Position numbers and translations under genes: made by a program. Source: Mustelus asterias (Eukaryota). From it: 64,000 bases of DNA. The notes under the pieces were generated by a model. The model saw only the letters and a program-made list of their open reading frames with translations. It was not told the origin of the DNA and did not search any database. Below are positions 11,664 to 22,790 of the stretch, piece after piece; the first letter of the stretch is position 1; the number at the start of each line of letters is the position of its first letter. The stretch covers positions 496,001 through 560,000 of the forward strand of contig NW_027590189.1 of NCBI RefSeq assembly GCF_964213995.1, read 5' to 3'.

Positions 11664-12214
11664 ATTTTAAATACCAGGCTCCCTCTGGTTTCTGTCACAA
11701 TGTGTGTCACTCCGCAGTGATACGCCGCGCTGTCCGAATTTCACACATGGTAAAATTCCCCTCGCTTTTCGACCTCTCGATATATGAAGAAAGTCGAGTG
11801 CCCACTCCCTCTGCACTGGAAATATCTCCCTGATTAGAGACTTTCTCCGTTCTTTTTGGTGAGAGCCTTCTCTCGGTGCTGGCGGTACAATTGAATGTAA
11901 TATGCACCAGCTGCTGAGAAGTTGAACCTTTTGGTCACCGAGTCCCATTCAAACTTCATCGCTGTAGCTGGCTTCTCTGATACGGAGTCTGCTGCAGTGA
12001 CACCGGCAGATATTTAGAAATATTGAAAGTTAAGATGTTATTGTCATTTTACTGTAACTCATAACATCAGAACACGAATCACATTATCATCAGCATCAAA
12101 GCGGAATTAAATTACTGTCGACATCGCTTGTAAGAAGAAGCTTATGTCCCTTGCAGACTTACCAGGCAAGAGAGCTGAAACTGTGAAAAATGAATACAAA
12201 ATGAGACCCGACAT
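11664..12214 (-). pseudogene. TCR alpha/delta-type V gene segment pseudogene (V3) with degenerate 23-RSS
   Basis: 52-nt leader MSGLILYSFFTVSALLP + gtaagt; acceptor mutated (tgccg); V exon GVTAADSVSEKP...YYIQLYRQH... with frameshifts, ending DSAAYHCGVT; RSS CATTGTG-23-ATTTAAAAT at 11702-11664. Confidence 0.82.
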
Positions 12215-12649
12215 GTTTGCAGCGAGTTTATTGCGGAATTAAACAGAATGGGTTCAATCTGTAATTGTTTGTGTGAAGATATTTACATATATATCCGGTC
12301 TCTCCAGCCATTGGTTAATTACCAAAAAAGTCAACTGGTGACGACCAGTCATCTCCCTGGTTCTCCAATTCATCCGATCAGCTCACAGACCCTTTGTTCT
12401 CCAGTTTATTACGTCAGAGCAGGGCAAGCGAATCAATTAAGTTGTTTTCCCCACAGCGGGACCGAAACGAGAATTCACCGCAATGTTGGCTTTTTAGCCG
12501 AGACAGCTTCTGAGGTGGTGGCAATGAGGGGCAATGGTTAATGTTGTCCTTGTAACAATGACTGTAACAGTCTGAATATTTTGCATATTCTTTTTTCACG
12601 TTATATGAAATTGATAATATACACAACTAAGTACCAATGTTCCAAAATA

Positions 12650-14220
12650 CCCTCTTTGATTTTGGTATGCCTCGCATTGAACATCAGCGGGGTTCTTATC
12701 AAACATCAGAGCAGTGTGTGGGGGCGGGGACCGGGGAAGGGATGTGCTTCCACAGGTTGATCTTCCAGATTCAATGTCATCCACCTGCCTCAGAATGTTC
12801 CTGGAGACCCATCCTCTTTCTCAGGAGGTCCATGTCCAGCCGCAGAATTACTATTACCTAAATTGACAGCATCCAACACTCTCGTAGGCAATGAGTTCCA
12901 GGTCCTGAGCACTCGCTGTGGAAAAATGTTGCTTCCAAATCTTCTTCGCCCCCGTCTTGCCCAATATCTTAAAATTTGCCCCTCCCCCTCGAAATTGCCC
13001 TAATCTAGTCCACCTCGATTACATCTCCCCTCAATCTCCTTCGTTTCAATGGACAACAATCCGAGCATCATAAACCAGTAAAACTTTTCTGAAAATAATT
13101 AGCGAAGATAAATCTCTTCATAGAAGCAGGCTGGATTTGGTCAATATTTCTCTGAATTGGTCTAAAATTAGTGGAAATACATTTTGCATCGGAACTAACA
13201 TGGAGTTGGTGAACTGTTGTTAATATATCACAACGAGCTATGAGGCGAACGTGGAACCTTCGGATCTGTAGCCAGAAGCGTTATCCATTGCGCCACTGGC
13301 CCATAGTAACACAAGATGCAGCATTGTTTACATATCGGTGCGAGGCTTCAAAATCGGGGAGACACATGGTCAAAACATATTCGTTTTAGTGAGGAAATGT
13401 TGCATAATTAATGTTTTCTATACTCACTTACAGTCATTCTACTTTGCCTTGAAGTGAGTTAACCTGCTGTGTTGGAATTCGAAACCTGAGTGCCCAAAGC
13501 TTCAGCCTGCTTCTCTGCGTTATCAGTCCAGCGCCAACAACAGGACTCGAAACCGTAACCCTCCCCTCAGTGAATCTACTATTGAACATTACCTGAACAT
13601 AGTACCTTACAATCATATGACATCGGCTCTTATTTGAGCCTCAAAATACATTCAGGAAAACACAGAAGTGCTAAAAATTCACGACAAGCTGAGCAGGAAA
13701 GAAGGCACACCTATTTTGACTCAGCACACATTTTATCAGTTTGTTCCGTGGCTGAAAGAGCAGGTCAGAGGCTGGGAATCGTGCGGGAGTATCTCACCTC
13801 CTTACCCCCAAAAACCAGTCCACGATCTACGTGGCGTAAATCAGGAGTGCGATAGAATATTCCTCACTTGTCTGCATGATGCAGGAATTCACCAAAGGCA
13901 CCTGAGACAGCATCTTCCAAACCCAAGACCGCTTCCACCTGGCAGCAGCCCCCCCCCCCCCACCCCCCTCCCCCCATCCAACGCCACATCGGCAACACCA
14001 CCTCAAGTCCCTCAGCATTCTGATTTGGAAATATATAGCCGTTCCTTCACTGTTATTGGGACAAACTCCTGGAATTCCCTCCCTAACAGCACTGTGGGTG
14101 TACCTGTACATGGACTGCAATGTTTCAAGAAGGGAGCTCACCACCACATTCTCAAGCCTAAATACTGATGGGCAGTACATGTTGATCTAGCCTGCGACAC
14201 CCACATGAACAAAAAGAAAC
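12650..14220 (+). repeat. Segmental duplication copy B (paralogous to ~4500-6640)
   Basis: Co-linear with copy A, including tRNA-Arg and the LINE 3' fragment (ORF 13668-14168 vs 5977-6581). Confidence 0.8.
13234..13302 (-). pseudogene. tRNA-Arg(ACG)-derived pseudogene (anticodon ACA, 3' deletion)
   Basis: GGGCCAGTGGCGCAATGGATAACGCTTCTGGCTACAGATCCGAAGGTTCCACGTTCGCCTCATAGCTCG. Confidence 0.85.
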
Positions 14221-14589
14221 AACCAGCCAGCTCCCTGAACCCGCAATCATGGGGTCAGCTGAAGAGGTGAATGGGGATAAAATGAATGTTACATTGCCAA
14301 TCCTGTTGAACATATCTTTATTTTCGAGCGAGTGTGTTGTGCTGATAGATTCCCCACAGTTTGTGCTCAGGTTCTCAAACCAAACCCCATGTGAACCAAT
14401 CCCTCAATCTGCAATGCCAAGAAATAAACAAAATCAGCAGCTCATAGAATCTCTGTGGGAGAGGGCGGCACAGTGGTTAATTCTGCTGGGTCACAATGCC
14501 AGGGACCTGGTTCTGATTTCTGGATTTGTCACTGTCTATGTGGATGGAGATATGCAGCTTTTTAAAGCTGCAGCAGTAGCTCACCTATC

Positions 14590-14653
14590 GTCCCAGTGAT
14601 CTTTTGGGAAAAGCAGCGGCCTTCTGAACCAGTGAGTGTTCGAGTCCCAGCTT
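14590..14653 (+). pseudogene. Probable heavily decayed tRNA-Arg(CCT) pseudogene
   Basis: GTCCCAGTGATCTTTTGGGAAAAGCAGCGGCCTTCTGAACCAGTGAGTGTTCGAGTCCCAGCT partly aligns with vertebrate tRNA-Arg-CCT (GCCCCAGTGGCCTAATGGATAAGGCACTGGCCTCCTAAGCCAG...TTCGAGTCCCAC). Confidence 0.45.
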
Positions 14654-14741
14654 ATTTTAACACTTAGGCGTCCAACACTGACAAATGCATTTCCTGCCAA
14701 CTAATCAACTAATCCTGGCTATTTCTGGGCAGATATGTTTT

Positions 14742-15061
14742 GGGTGGCACAGTGGTTAGCACTGCTGCCTCAAAATGCCAGGGTCCGAGGTTCAATTCTG
14801 GCTTCGGGACACTGTCTGTGTGGAGTTTGCACATTGTCCCCGCATCTGCATGGGTTTCCTACGGGTGTTCCGGTTTCCTCCCATTGTCCAAAGATGTGCG
14901 GCTAAGGTTGATTGGCCGTGTTAAATTGGCCCTAGTGTCAGGGGGATTAGCAGGGTAAATGCATGGGGTTACAGGAGTTGGGCCTGGATGGGATTGTGGT
15001 CAGTACAGACTTGATGGGCCGAATTGGCCTCCTTCTGTACTGTACGGATTCTATGATTCTA
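14742..15061 (+). mobile_element. HE1-type V-SINE
   Basis: tRNA-like head ggcacagtggttagc...ggttcaattc, V-domain tgtgtggagtttgcacatt...ggtttcctccc, CR1-like tail gatgggccgaa...ttctatga. Confidence 0.88.
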
Positions 15062-15408
15062 ATGGAACCTTATAACATTCTGACCAGATGAAACAGGGTG
15101 GATTCGGAAGAATGTTCTCGTTAGTGGGGAGTCCAGAACTAGGGATTATAGTTTGAGGATAACGGCTGAGGTGATGAGAATTCCTTCAGCCAGAGAGTGG
15201 TGAATCTGCAGAGTTCACTCCCACAGAAAGTAGTTGAGGCCAAACCCTGTGATAGCAAGAGAAATTTAATATAGCTTTTGTGGCTAAATGGCGAATCCGG
15301 ATATTGAATTTGATTATCAGGCATGACAACAATAAATGGTAGTTGATGTTCCAATGACCTATTTCTGTTTTCGATGTTTTGATGTAAATGGGACAGGACG
15401 AAACAGTA

Positions 15409-15490
15409 GGGCTCTGTCTCGGATTTCAACTCGGGATCTCGGTGGTTAAGGCATACCAAAATGCGATTCATACCCCTACACCAAGGAGCC
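15409..15490 (-). pseudogene. tRNA-Pro pseudogene with extra sequence after the anticodon (probable intron relic)
   Basis: GGCTCCTTGGTGTAGGGGTATGAATCGCATTTTGG-TATGCCTTAACCAC-CGAGATCCCGAGTTGAAATCCGAGACAGAGCCC; 82 nt versus 72 nt for mature tRNA-Pro. Confidence 0.7.
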
Positions 15491-15694
15491 TATAAGCAGC
15501 CACTGATTGAAAGAAAAGATGCTCTCATGGCCATTCAAAGCCGATCAGATAACTGCAGCGAAGGTGGAAGATGATGCAGAAATTTAGGAATTCAGGCAGA
15601 ATTTATGGACAGGGAAACAAAGCTAATCTTTTACGTCCATAGCCTTACATTACAACAGGGAAAGGTGAAAAATGTGGGAATTTGAAACGATTGA

Positions 15695-15890
15695 AACATA
15701 GAAACATAGAAAGCCTACAGTGCAGAAAGAGGCCATTTGGCCCATCGAGTCTGCACCGACCACAATCCGACCCAGGCCCTACCCCCATATCCCCACATAT
15801 TTACCCGCTAATCCTCCTAACCTACCCATCTCAGGACACTAAGGGGCAATTTTAGCATGGCCAATCAACCTAACCCGCACATCTTTGGAC
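15695..15890 (-). mobile_element. HE1-type SINE 3' half
   Basis: (catagaaa)n tail, cccatcgagtctgcaccgacc, caacctaacccgcacatctttggac. Confidence 0.8.
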
Positions 15891-15944
15891 CCAGGAGGGA
15901 GGAAATATAACAACAGGAATAGTCTGGAAGTCAGGAGAAATGAA

Positions 15945-16700
15945 ATGATTTGATTTGGTTTTATTTATTATTGTCACATGTATTAGTATACAGTGAAAAA
16001 CATTTTTTCTTGCGCGCTATACAGACAAAGCGTAGCGTTCATAGAGAAGGAAACGGGAGAGTGCAGAATGTGGTGTTGCAGTCATTGTCAGGGTGTAGAG
16101 AAAGATCAACATAATGCAAGGTAGGTCCATTCAAAAGTCTGATGGCAGCAGGGAAGAAGCTGTTCTTGAGTCAGTTGGTACGTGACCTCAGACTTCTGTA
16201 TCTTTCTCCCGAAGGAAGGAGGTGGAAGAGAGAATGTCCGCGGTGCGTGGGGTCCTTAATTATGCTGGCTGCGTTGCCGAGGCAGCAGGAGGCGTAGACA
16301 GAGTCAATGAATGGGAGGCTGGTTTGAGTGATGGATTGGGCTACATTCACGACCTTTTGTAGTTTCTTGCGGTCTTGGGCAGAGCAGGAGCCAAACCACG
16401 CTGTGATACAACGAGAAAGATTATTTTCTAAGGTGCACCTGTAAAACCTGGTGACCGTCGTAGCTGACATGTCAAATTTCCTAAGTCTTCTGAGAAAGTA
16501 GAGGCGTCGGTGGGCTTTCTTCCCCCCATAGTGTCGGCATGGGGGGCAAGGACAGGTTGTTGGTGATCTGGACACCGAAAAACCTGAAGCTCTCGATCCT
16601 TTCTACTTCGTCCCCTTTGATGGAGACAGGGGCACATTCTCCTCTACGCTTTCTGAAGTCAATGACAATCTCCTTCGTTTTGTTGACATTGAGGGAGGGA
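15945..16700 (-). mobile_element. Rex1/Babar-type LINE 3' fragment
   Basis: ORF 16171-16575 KKAHRRLYFLRRLRKF...LPSGERYRSLRSRTN; (tcaaa)n-type tail; reverse complement of the 21540-22275 region. Confidence 0.88.
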
Positions 16701-16814
16701 TGAGAGAAATGATCAATGAGAAAATACTTTGCGGTTCACAGGCCTCAGAGTGAGGTACGCATTAAATCAGAAAATGATTTGACCACAGAATGAGGCCATG
16801 CGAAGGAATGGCAA

Positions 16815-17415
16815 TATAATTCCAAGTCTGGATGGTGAGTGGCTTGGAGGAGAACTTGCAGGTGGTGGTGTTCCCATGTGTCTGCTACCCTTGTCCTTCT
16901 GGAAGGAAGTGGTTGTGGGTTCCGAAGGTGCTGTCTAAGGATCTTTGGTGAATTGCTGCTGTGTATCTTTTAGATAAACATCGCTGCTCCTGAGCGTTGG
17001 TGGTGGTGGGATTGAATGCTTGTGGATGTGGTGCCAATCAAGCGGGCTGATTTGTCCTGGATGATGTCAAGCTTCTTGAGTGTTGTTGGAGCAGCACCCA
17101 TCCAGGCAACTCGAGAATATTCCATCTCACTCCTGACTTGTGCCTTGTAGATGGTGGACAGGCACTGGGGAGGCAAGAGGTGAGTTATCCGCCGCAGTAT
17201 TCCTGGCTTCTGACCTGCTCTTGTGACCACTGTTTATGTGGCGAGTCCAATTGAGTTTCTGGTCAATGGTAACCGCAAGGATGTTGACAGTGGGGAATTC
17301 AGTGATGGAAAAACTATTGACTGTCAAGAGGCGGTGGTTAGATTTTCTCTTATTGGTGATAGACATTGTCTGGCATTTGTGTGGAGCGAATGCTACTTGC
17401 CACTTGTCAGCCCAA
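16815..17415 (-). mobile_element. CR1/L2-group LINE 3' fragment (family distinct from HER1)
   Basis: WADKWQVAFAPHKCQ and STIYKAQVRSEMEYS...LDIIQDKSARLIG; related decayed pieces at 6120-6640 and 13720-14210. Confidence 0.8.
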
Positions 17416-17744
17416 AACATAAAGTCTAATATAGTGCAGCATACTGCGGACTTTCGAAATCTGAAATAAAAACAGAAAATACTGGGTTTTGTCAGTATTT
17501 CTGGCACTGTCTGTAGAGTGAGAATCTGAACTAGTGTTTCCCGTCCAGATGTCACATGGAAGGCGCGGACATGATGGCTGTCCGCGCCTGCCATGTGGGT
17601 GTCTGAGTGGGCTCTTTCCGTGCTGTAAATCTCTGTGCCTCTTTGACTCTTTTTCGGAGCCAGTCAGCAGAAAGCCATCCCGCCTTTTGCACCTGAAACA
17701 AATCACAATATCTGACTTGGTCAAAAAGAAACAGATACCCTCAT

Positions 17745-17834
17745 GGGCTCATCCGGGATTTGAACCCGGGACCTCTCGCACGTTAATGGACTGCGGTACC
17801 CTAAGCGAGAATCATACCCCTAGACCAACGAGCC
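17745..17834 (-). tRNA. tRNA-Pro(AGG) with an 18-nt intron at position 37/38 (intron 17798-17781)
   Basis: GGCTCGTTGGTCTAGGGGTATGATTCTCGCTTAGGG[TACCGCAGTCCATTAACG]TGCGAGAGGTCCCGGGTTCAAATCCCGGATGAGCCC; exons match vertebrate tRNA-Pro-AGG except a G6-U67 wobble; T5 terminator at 17727-17723. Confidence 0.92.
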
Positions 17835-18383
17835 TGCACGTCAGCCGTGGGCAAAATAAAAATTGTTTAGCTTTCTACAAAGCAGTTCTGACACCTCGAG
17901 TGAAAGACGAAATTGTTTCAATAACTCACCGCATCAGCATTTGTGGACTTTAAGCTCCAGCAAAATATCCGCCCAATATTGTTACCTCGACTGTTTGCAA
18001 CTGGGGGCTTTTGTTTATGAAGTACACATGTTGCAGTCAATAATTTTAACCCAGCGACTTCAACATGTGACAACTCTGAGCCTGCCTTTGATATTTGATC
18101 ACTTTTGAAAGGTGTGGTCTGTCACACAGTTAACTGCTCTGGAACATTTAAAGTACAGATTTATGACCTTGTTCTCCTGGGTGATCTGCAGGTTTGTGTG
18201 AATGGGGTCGGGGAACGATTGGACTTGATCTGATATTAATATGAGTAAAAATATGTCATGAACCTCAGTGAGGGAAAACACTCAGACGGGGCTGTATTGT
18301 CACGCTCACTATGCGTAGATTTTCTGTGAGTTTTAACCCCATGTGTTGTCCTGACAATGAATCATTGATTTTCGACCTGTGCC

Positions 18384-18422
18384 AGATTCTGTATGAGGCC
18401 CGCGGGAGCCTCATTCACTGTG
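18384..18422 (-). other. Recombination signal sequence (23-RSS) of V4
   Basis: CACAGTG + 23-nt spacer AATGAGGCTCCCGCGGGCCTCAT + ACAGAATCT. Confidence 0.88.
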
Positions 18423-18926
18423 ACTCTCAGTGCACAGTAATACTCGGTGCTGTCTGTCACCTTCTCATCTTTCATGGAAATGTGCTTTGTTTCAGGTTGA
18501 GATTCCCGCTGAAGTGTTCAAAACCTGGAGCCGTATCGGTAAATTAGCGGCTCTGAGCAGTTCATGAGGAGCTCGATGTGTATACTGGCGATACCAGAAC
18601 AGGGAATGTTGTATAGCTGTACTCGGTACCGAGTAACTGCAGGGTATTGCTGAATCTTCACCCTCTGCTGCTTCAACTCCTGGTTCTGACTGGGACACTG
18701 AGTCACCGTCACTCATGTCTGAAAATCGACAACAGACGCGCAGTGGGTTAGAAGGAGTAACAACAACGGAATAATCACCTCGAGATGGAAATGGGGAATG
18801 AATATGGTGACTGGCGGATTTCACGCAGAAGTTCAAAATGACAGACCTGTAATCAGAGTAAGAAAGAGTTTCGCCCCCATGGTTCGAGTCTGAACACCAG
18901 AAACAGAGAGTCATCACTGCCTGCAT
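18423..18926 (-). pseudogene. TCR alpha/delta-type V gene segment pseudogene (V4)
   Basis: 52-nt leader from ATG 18926 with a GC donor; V exon from 18718 DMSDGDSVSQSEP...AIPCSYS...LFWYRQY...; frameshifts and a stop, then DEKVTDSTEYYCALR. Confidence 0.88.
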
Positions 18927-19154
18927 CAGGTCTGCAATTAGAGAAGTTGAAACAGTCAGGAGGATGTTATGAGGTCGAAGGTGACTCCCTCTCTCCGCCC
19001 ATTTTTACATCTTCAAACAGGCACTGACTTCCATTAGAAGGGGATCGTGATATTTCATAAGTGATCAGAGAGCGCCCTCCGTGGACAGCGCGGCCGCATC
19101 TTGGAAACAGATACACACACGGCCACCTGCAAAGATTTACACATATAGAGATCA

Positions 19155-19385
19155 GAGAATCATAGAATCGTAGAACCCCTACAGTACAGAAGGAGGCCAT
19201 TCGGCCCACAGAGTCTGTACCGATCACAAGCCCTCGCAGGCCCTATTCCTGTGACCTCATACATTTACCCCGCTAATCCCCCTGACACTAGGGTCAATTT
19301 AACATGGCCAATCAAACTAACTTGCACATCTTTGGACTGTGGAGGAAACCGGAACATCCGAGGAAACCCCCGCAGACACGGGGGG
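19155..19385 (-). mobile_element. HE1-type SINE, partial
   Basis: agaatcatagaatc tail, gaaggaggccattcggccc, gcacatctttggactgtgg. Confidence 0.8.
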
Positions 19386-20009
19386 AGCAGATACACGCAC
19401 GGCTACGTGCAAAGACCAACACGTGTAAGGATATATAACCATATAGATATATGCCCAGACAGTGACATCAATTCTAACGTCCCTCGTTATCAATCCAGAA
19501 TTATTGTGTGGATTTCTGACACATTAGTCTGAATTGCTAACTATGAAAATACATGAATAACTCCAACTCCGTGTTCACTAGAAGCCTCGTATACCGCACA
19601 GAATCAACAAAAGCATCGACACAGGGACAAGTAAACACAGTGATCGATTCTCAAACTGATCGATTCAAACATAGACACACAGACATTCACTAAGGAAGAT
19701 AAACAAACAGATTAACACAGCCACTGACACACTGAATGGAAGTGCACCCATTGACAATGTCAAAAATGTACGAGCTCCAGAGTAAACTTCCTGAACTGGA
19801 ATTCCCTGGGGTCGTGTCAGTGCGGCAATATCCCGTTAGATATTCATTGCGATGGAACTGTCCATTTTAGCAACAAGAACAGCCAGAAATCTATTGCTCA
19901 TCAATGGTGATCATTAATTGATGACTCGACAGTGGACACTTTTGGAGAATAAGCAATAATGGATGTATTTATTTTTACAGTCAAACATATCTGGATGTGT
20001 CCATATCAT

Positions 20010-20303
20010 GTTTAAAGTTAATTTATTAGTGTCACAAGTCGGATTACATTCATACTGCAATGAAGTTACTGTGAAAATCCCCTAATCGCCATACTCCGCC
20101 ACCTGTTCGGGTACACCGAGGGAGAAATTTAGCATGGCAATGCACCTAACCAGCACGTCTTTCGGACGTGGGAGGAAACTGCAACAAATCCACACAGACA
20201 CAGGAAGAACGTACAAACTCCACACAGACCCAAGCCCGGAATCGAACCCGAGTGCCTGGCGCTGTGAGACAGCAGTGTGCCACTGAGCCACTGTGCCGCC
20301 CCA
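20010..20303 (-). mobile_element. V-SINE with alternative tail (same type as 41978-42262)
   Basis: HE1-like head and V-domain, but tail ggattttcacagtaacttcattgcag...cttgtgacactaataaat. Confidence 0.8.
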
Positions 20304-20887
20304 TGTGAGGTCGGTGTAGGTAAGACAGATTCCCCACCCATTCTCGAGGTTGCCAGATCGGATGTTCGGGACACAGGAGGACAACACAAGGAGACTGCTT
20401 CGGGTGCAGGTGATTCATTCTCCTCTGTTATATTCCACACTCTGTGGAAAGTTGTGGAGTTAATATTATATATAATTCAGAAATAATGAGGAGATGCTTC
20501 ATCCGATTAAACTCGTTTGGCAAATTCGATATGAAATCAATTGCATAAATAAATATGTTTACATTGAAAACTATATTGGGAAGCTATATCCAATACTTCA
20601 TGCAATTGGGTCAGTGAAACGTTGTTATTTAAAGCAAACTGTACATGGATTCCACAGAAACTCCTTCTTCAAATGGGGATTGGACAATGACTTGAAAGGG
20701 AGAAAAATCAGGCTCATGGAATGAGAGAAGGAAATTGAACTGAGAACAAAAAACAGTGCAGAACAGGAACAGGCCCTTCGGCCCACCAAGCCCACACCGA
20801 CACGTCAGCTTGGTAGCTCGTCATAAAATAACTGGCAGAGGCATGGTGGGTCGAAGGGCCTCTTATTGTTCTTTGCCATTGCCAACC

Positions 20888-22275
20888 ATTTTCAATCATT
20901 ACAACAATCTGAGGTCCCTCTCTGCTTCAAGAAGACGACCATCATCCCGGTACCTAAGAAAAACCAAGCAGCGAGACTTAATAACTATCGGCCGGTGGCT
21001 CTGACATCCATCATTATGAAGTGCTTCGAAAGGTTTGTTATGGCACAAATCAATTCCAGCCTCCCGGACTATCTGGATCCACTACAGTTGCCTACCGCCG
21101 CAACAGGTCCACAGCAGACGGCATTTCCCTGGCCTTGCACTCAACCCTGGATCACCTAGAATACAAGGACACACTCCTATTTATTGACTACAGCTCAGAC
21201 TCCAACACTATTATTCCCATGAAACCCATCTCCAAACTCCTGGCCTGGGCCTCAGCACCTCCTCTGTGACCGGATCCTGAACTTCCTAACTCACAGACGA
21301 CAATCTGTAAGGATAGGCAACAACACCTCCTCCACGATCATCCTCAACACCGGTGCCCCACAAGGCTGTGTTCTCAGTCCCCTTCTATACTCCTAATATA
21401 CCTATGACTGTGTGGCCAAATTCCCCTCCAATTCGATTTTCAAGTTTGCTGACGACACCACTATAGTGGGTCGGATCTCAAACAATGATGAGACAGAGTA
21501 CAGGAATGAGGTAAAGAATCTGGTGAACTGGCAACAATAATCTCTCCCTCAATGTCAACAAAACGAAGGAGATTGTCATCGACTTCAGGAAGCGCAAAGG
21601 AGAACATGCCCCTGTCTACATCAACGGGACGAAGTAGAAAAGGTCGAGAGCTTCACGTTTTGTGGTGTCCAGATCACCAATTATCTGTCCTGGTCCCCCC
21701 ATGCCGACACTATAGTTAAGAAAGCCCACCAACGCCTCTACTTCCTCAGAAGACTAAGGAAATTTGGCATGTCAGCAACGACTCTCACCAACGTTTACAG
21801 ATGCATCATAGAAAGCATTCTTTCTGGTTGTATCATAGCTTGGTATGGCTCCTGTTCTACCCAAGACTGCAAAGAACTGCAAAAGGTCGTGAATGTGCCC
21901 AATCTATCACACAAACCAGCCTCCCATCCATTGACTCTGTCTACATTTCCCGCTGCCTCGGCAAAGCAGCCAGCATAATTAAGGACCCCACACACCCCGG
22001 ACATTCTCTCCTTCACCGTCTTCCTTCGGGAAAAAGATACAAAAGTCTGAGGTCACGTACCAACCGACTCAAGAACAGCTTCAGACTTTTGAATAGATTT
22101 ACCTTGCATTAAGTTGATCTTTCTCTACACCCCAGCTATGACTGTAACGCTGAATTCTGCACACTCTCAATTCCTTCTCTATGAATGGTATGTTTTGTCT
22201 GTATAGCGTGCAAGAAACAATACTTTTCACTGTATCTTAATACAAATGACATTAATAAATCAAATCAAATCAAAA
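20888..22275 (+). mobile_element. Rex1/Babar-type LINE, 5'-truncated and decayed
   Basis: [33 protein letters not shown] motifs; aataaatcaaatcaaatcaaa tail. Confidence 0.92.
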
Positions 22276-22362
22276 TCATTCTTGGATCAATATGTCTACA
22301 GCAGTCCCAATGAGTGTTGCAACATTTCAAGAGAGTCCCATTGGGTCCTATGGACACCAACA

Positions 22363-22434
22363 ATTTCTGTAGTGTAATGGTGGTTCTTTCACCTCAAACA
22401 TGAAAGGTCCCGAGTTCAAAACCATGCCGAAATA
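22363..22434 (+). pseudogene. tRNA-Val pseudogene
   Basis: atttctgtagtgtaatggtggttctttcacctcaaacatgaaaggtcccgagttcaaaaccatgccgaaata; same downstream flank as the intact copy at 24793. Confidence 0.7.
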
Positions 22435-22502
22435 TTATTAAAATTTGTTCATTAAGGGTGAGGGAAGTTTACATGATTTAAATTTGTTGTTAAACATTAT
22501 CC

Positions 22503-22790
22503 TGGGACCTGGGTTCGATTCCCGGCTTGGGTCACTGTCTGTGTGGAGTTTGCACATTCTCCTCGTGTCTGCGTGGGTTTCCTCCGGGTGCTCCGGTTTC
22601 CTCTCACAGTCCAAAGATGTGCGGGTTAGGTTGATTGGCTATGCTAAAACAATTGCCTCTTAGTGTCCTGAGGTGTGTAGGTTAGAGGGATTCGTGGATA
22701 AATATGTAGGGATATGGGGGTAGGGCCTGGGGTGGGATTGTGCTCGGTGCAGACTCGATGGGCCGAATGGCCTCTTTCTGTACTGTAGGA
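22503..22790 (+). mobile_element. HE1-type SINE whose tail is interrupted by an antisense CR1 fragment
   Basis: V-domain and tail; tail resumes at ~23497 (tatgatttctatga); attatcc flanks both ends. Confidence 0.85.

Noticed and set aside
14749-14776. CACAGTG in SINE heads as a cryptic RSS
   Set aside because: Part of the tRNA-derived A box; no nonamer at 12 or 23 nt
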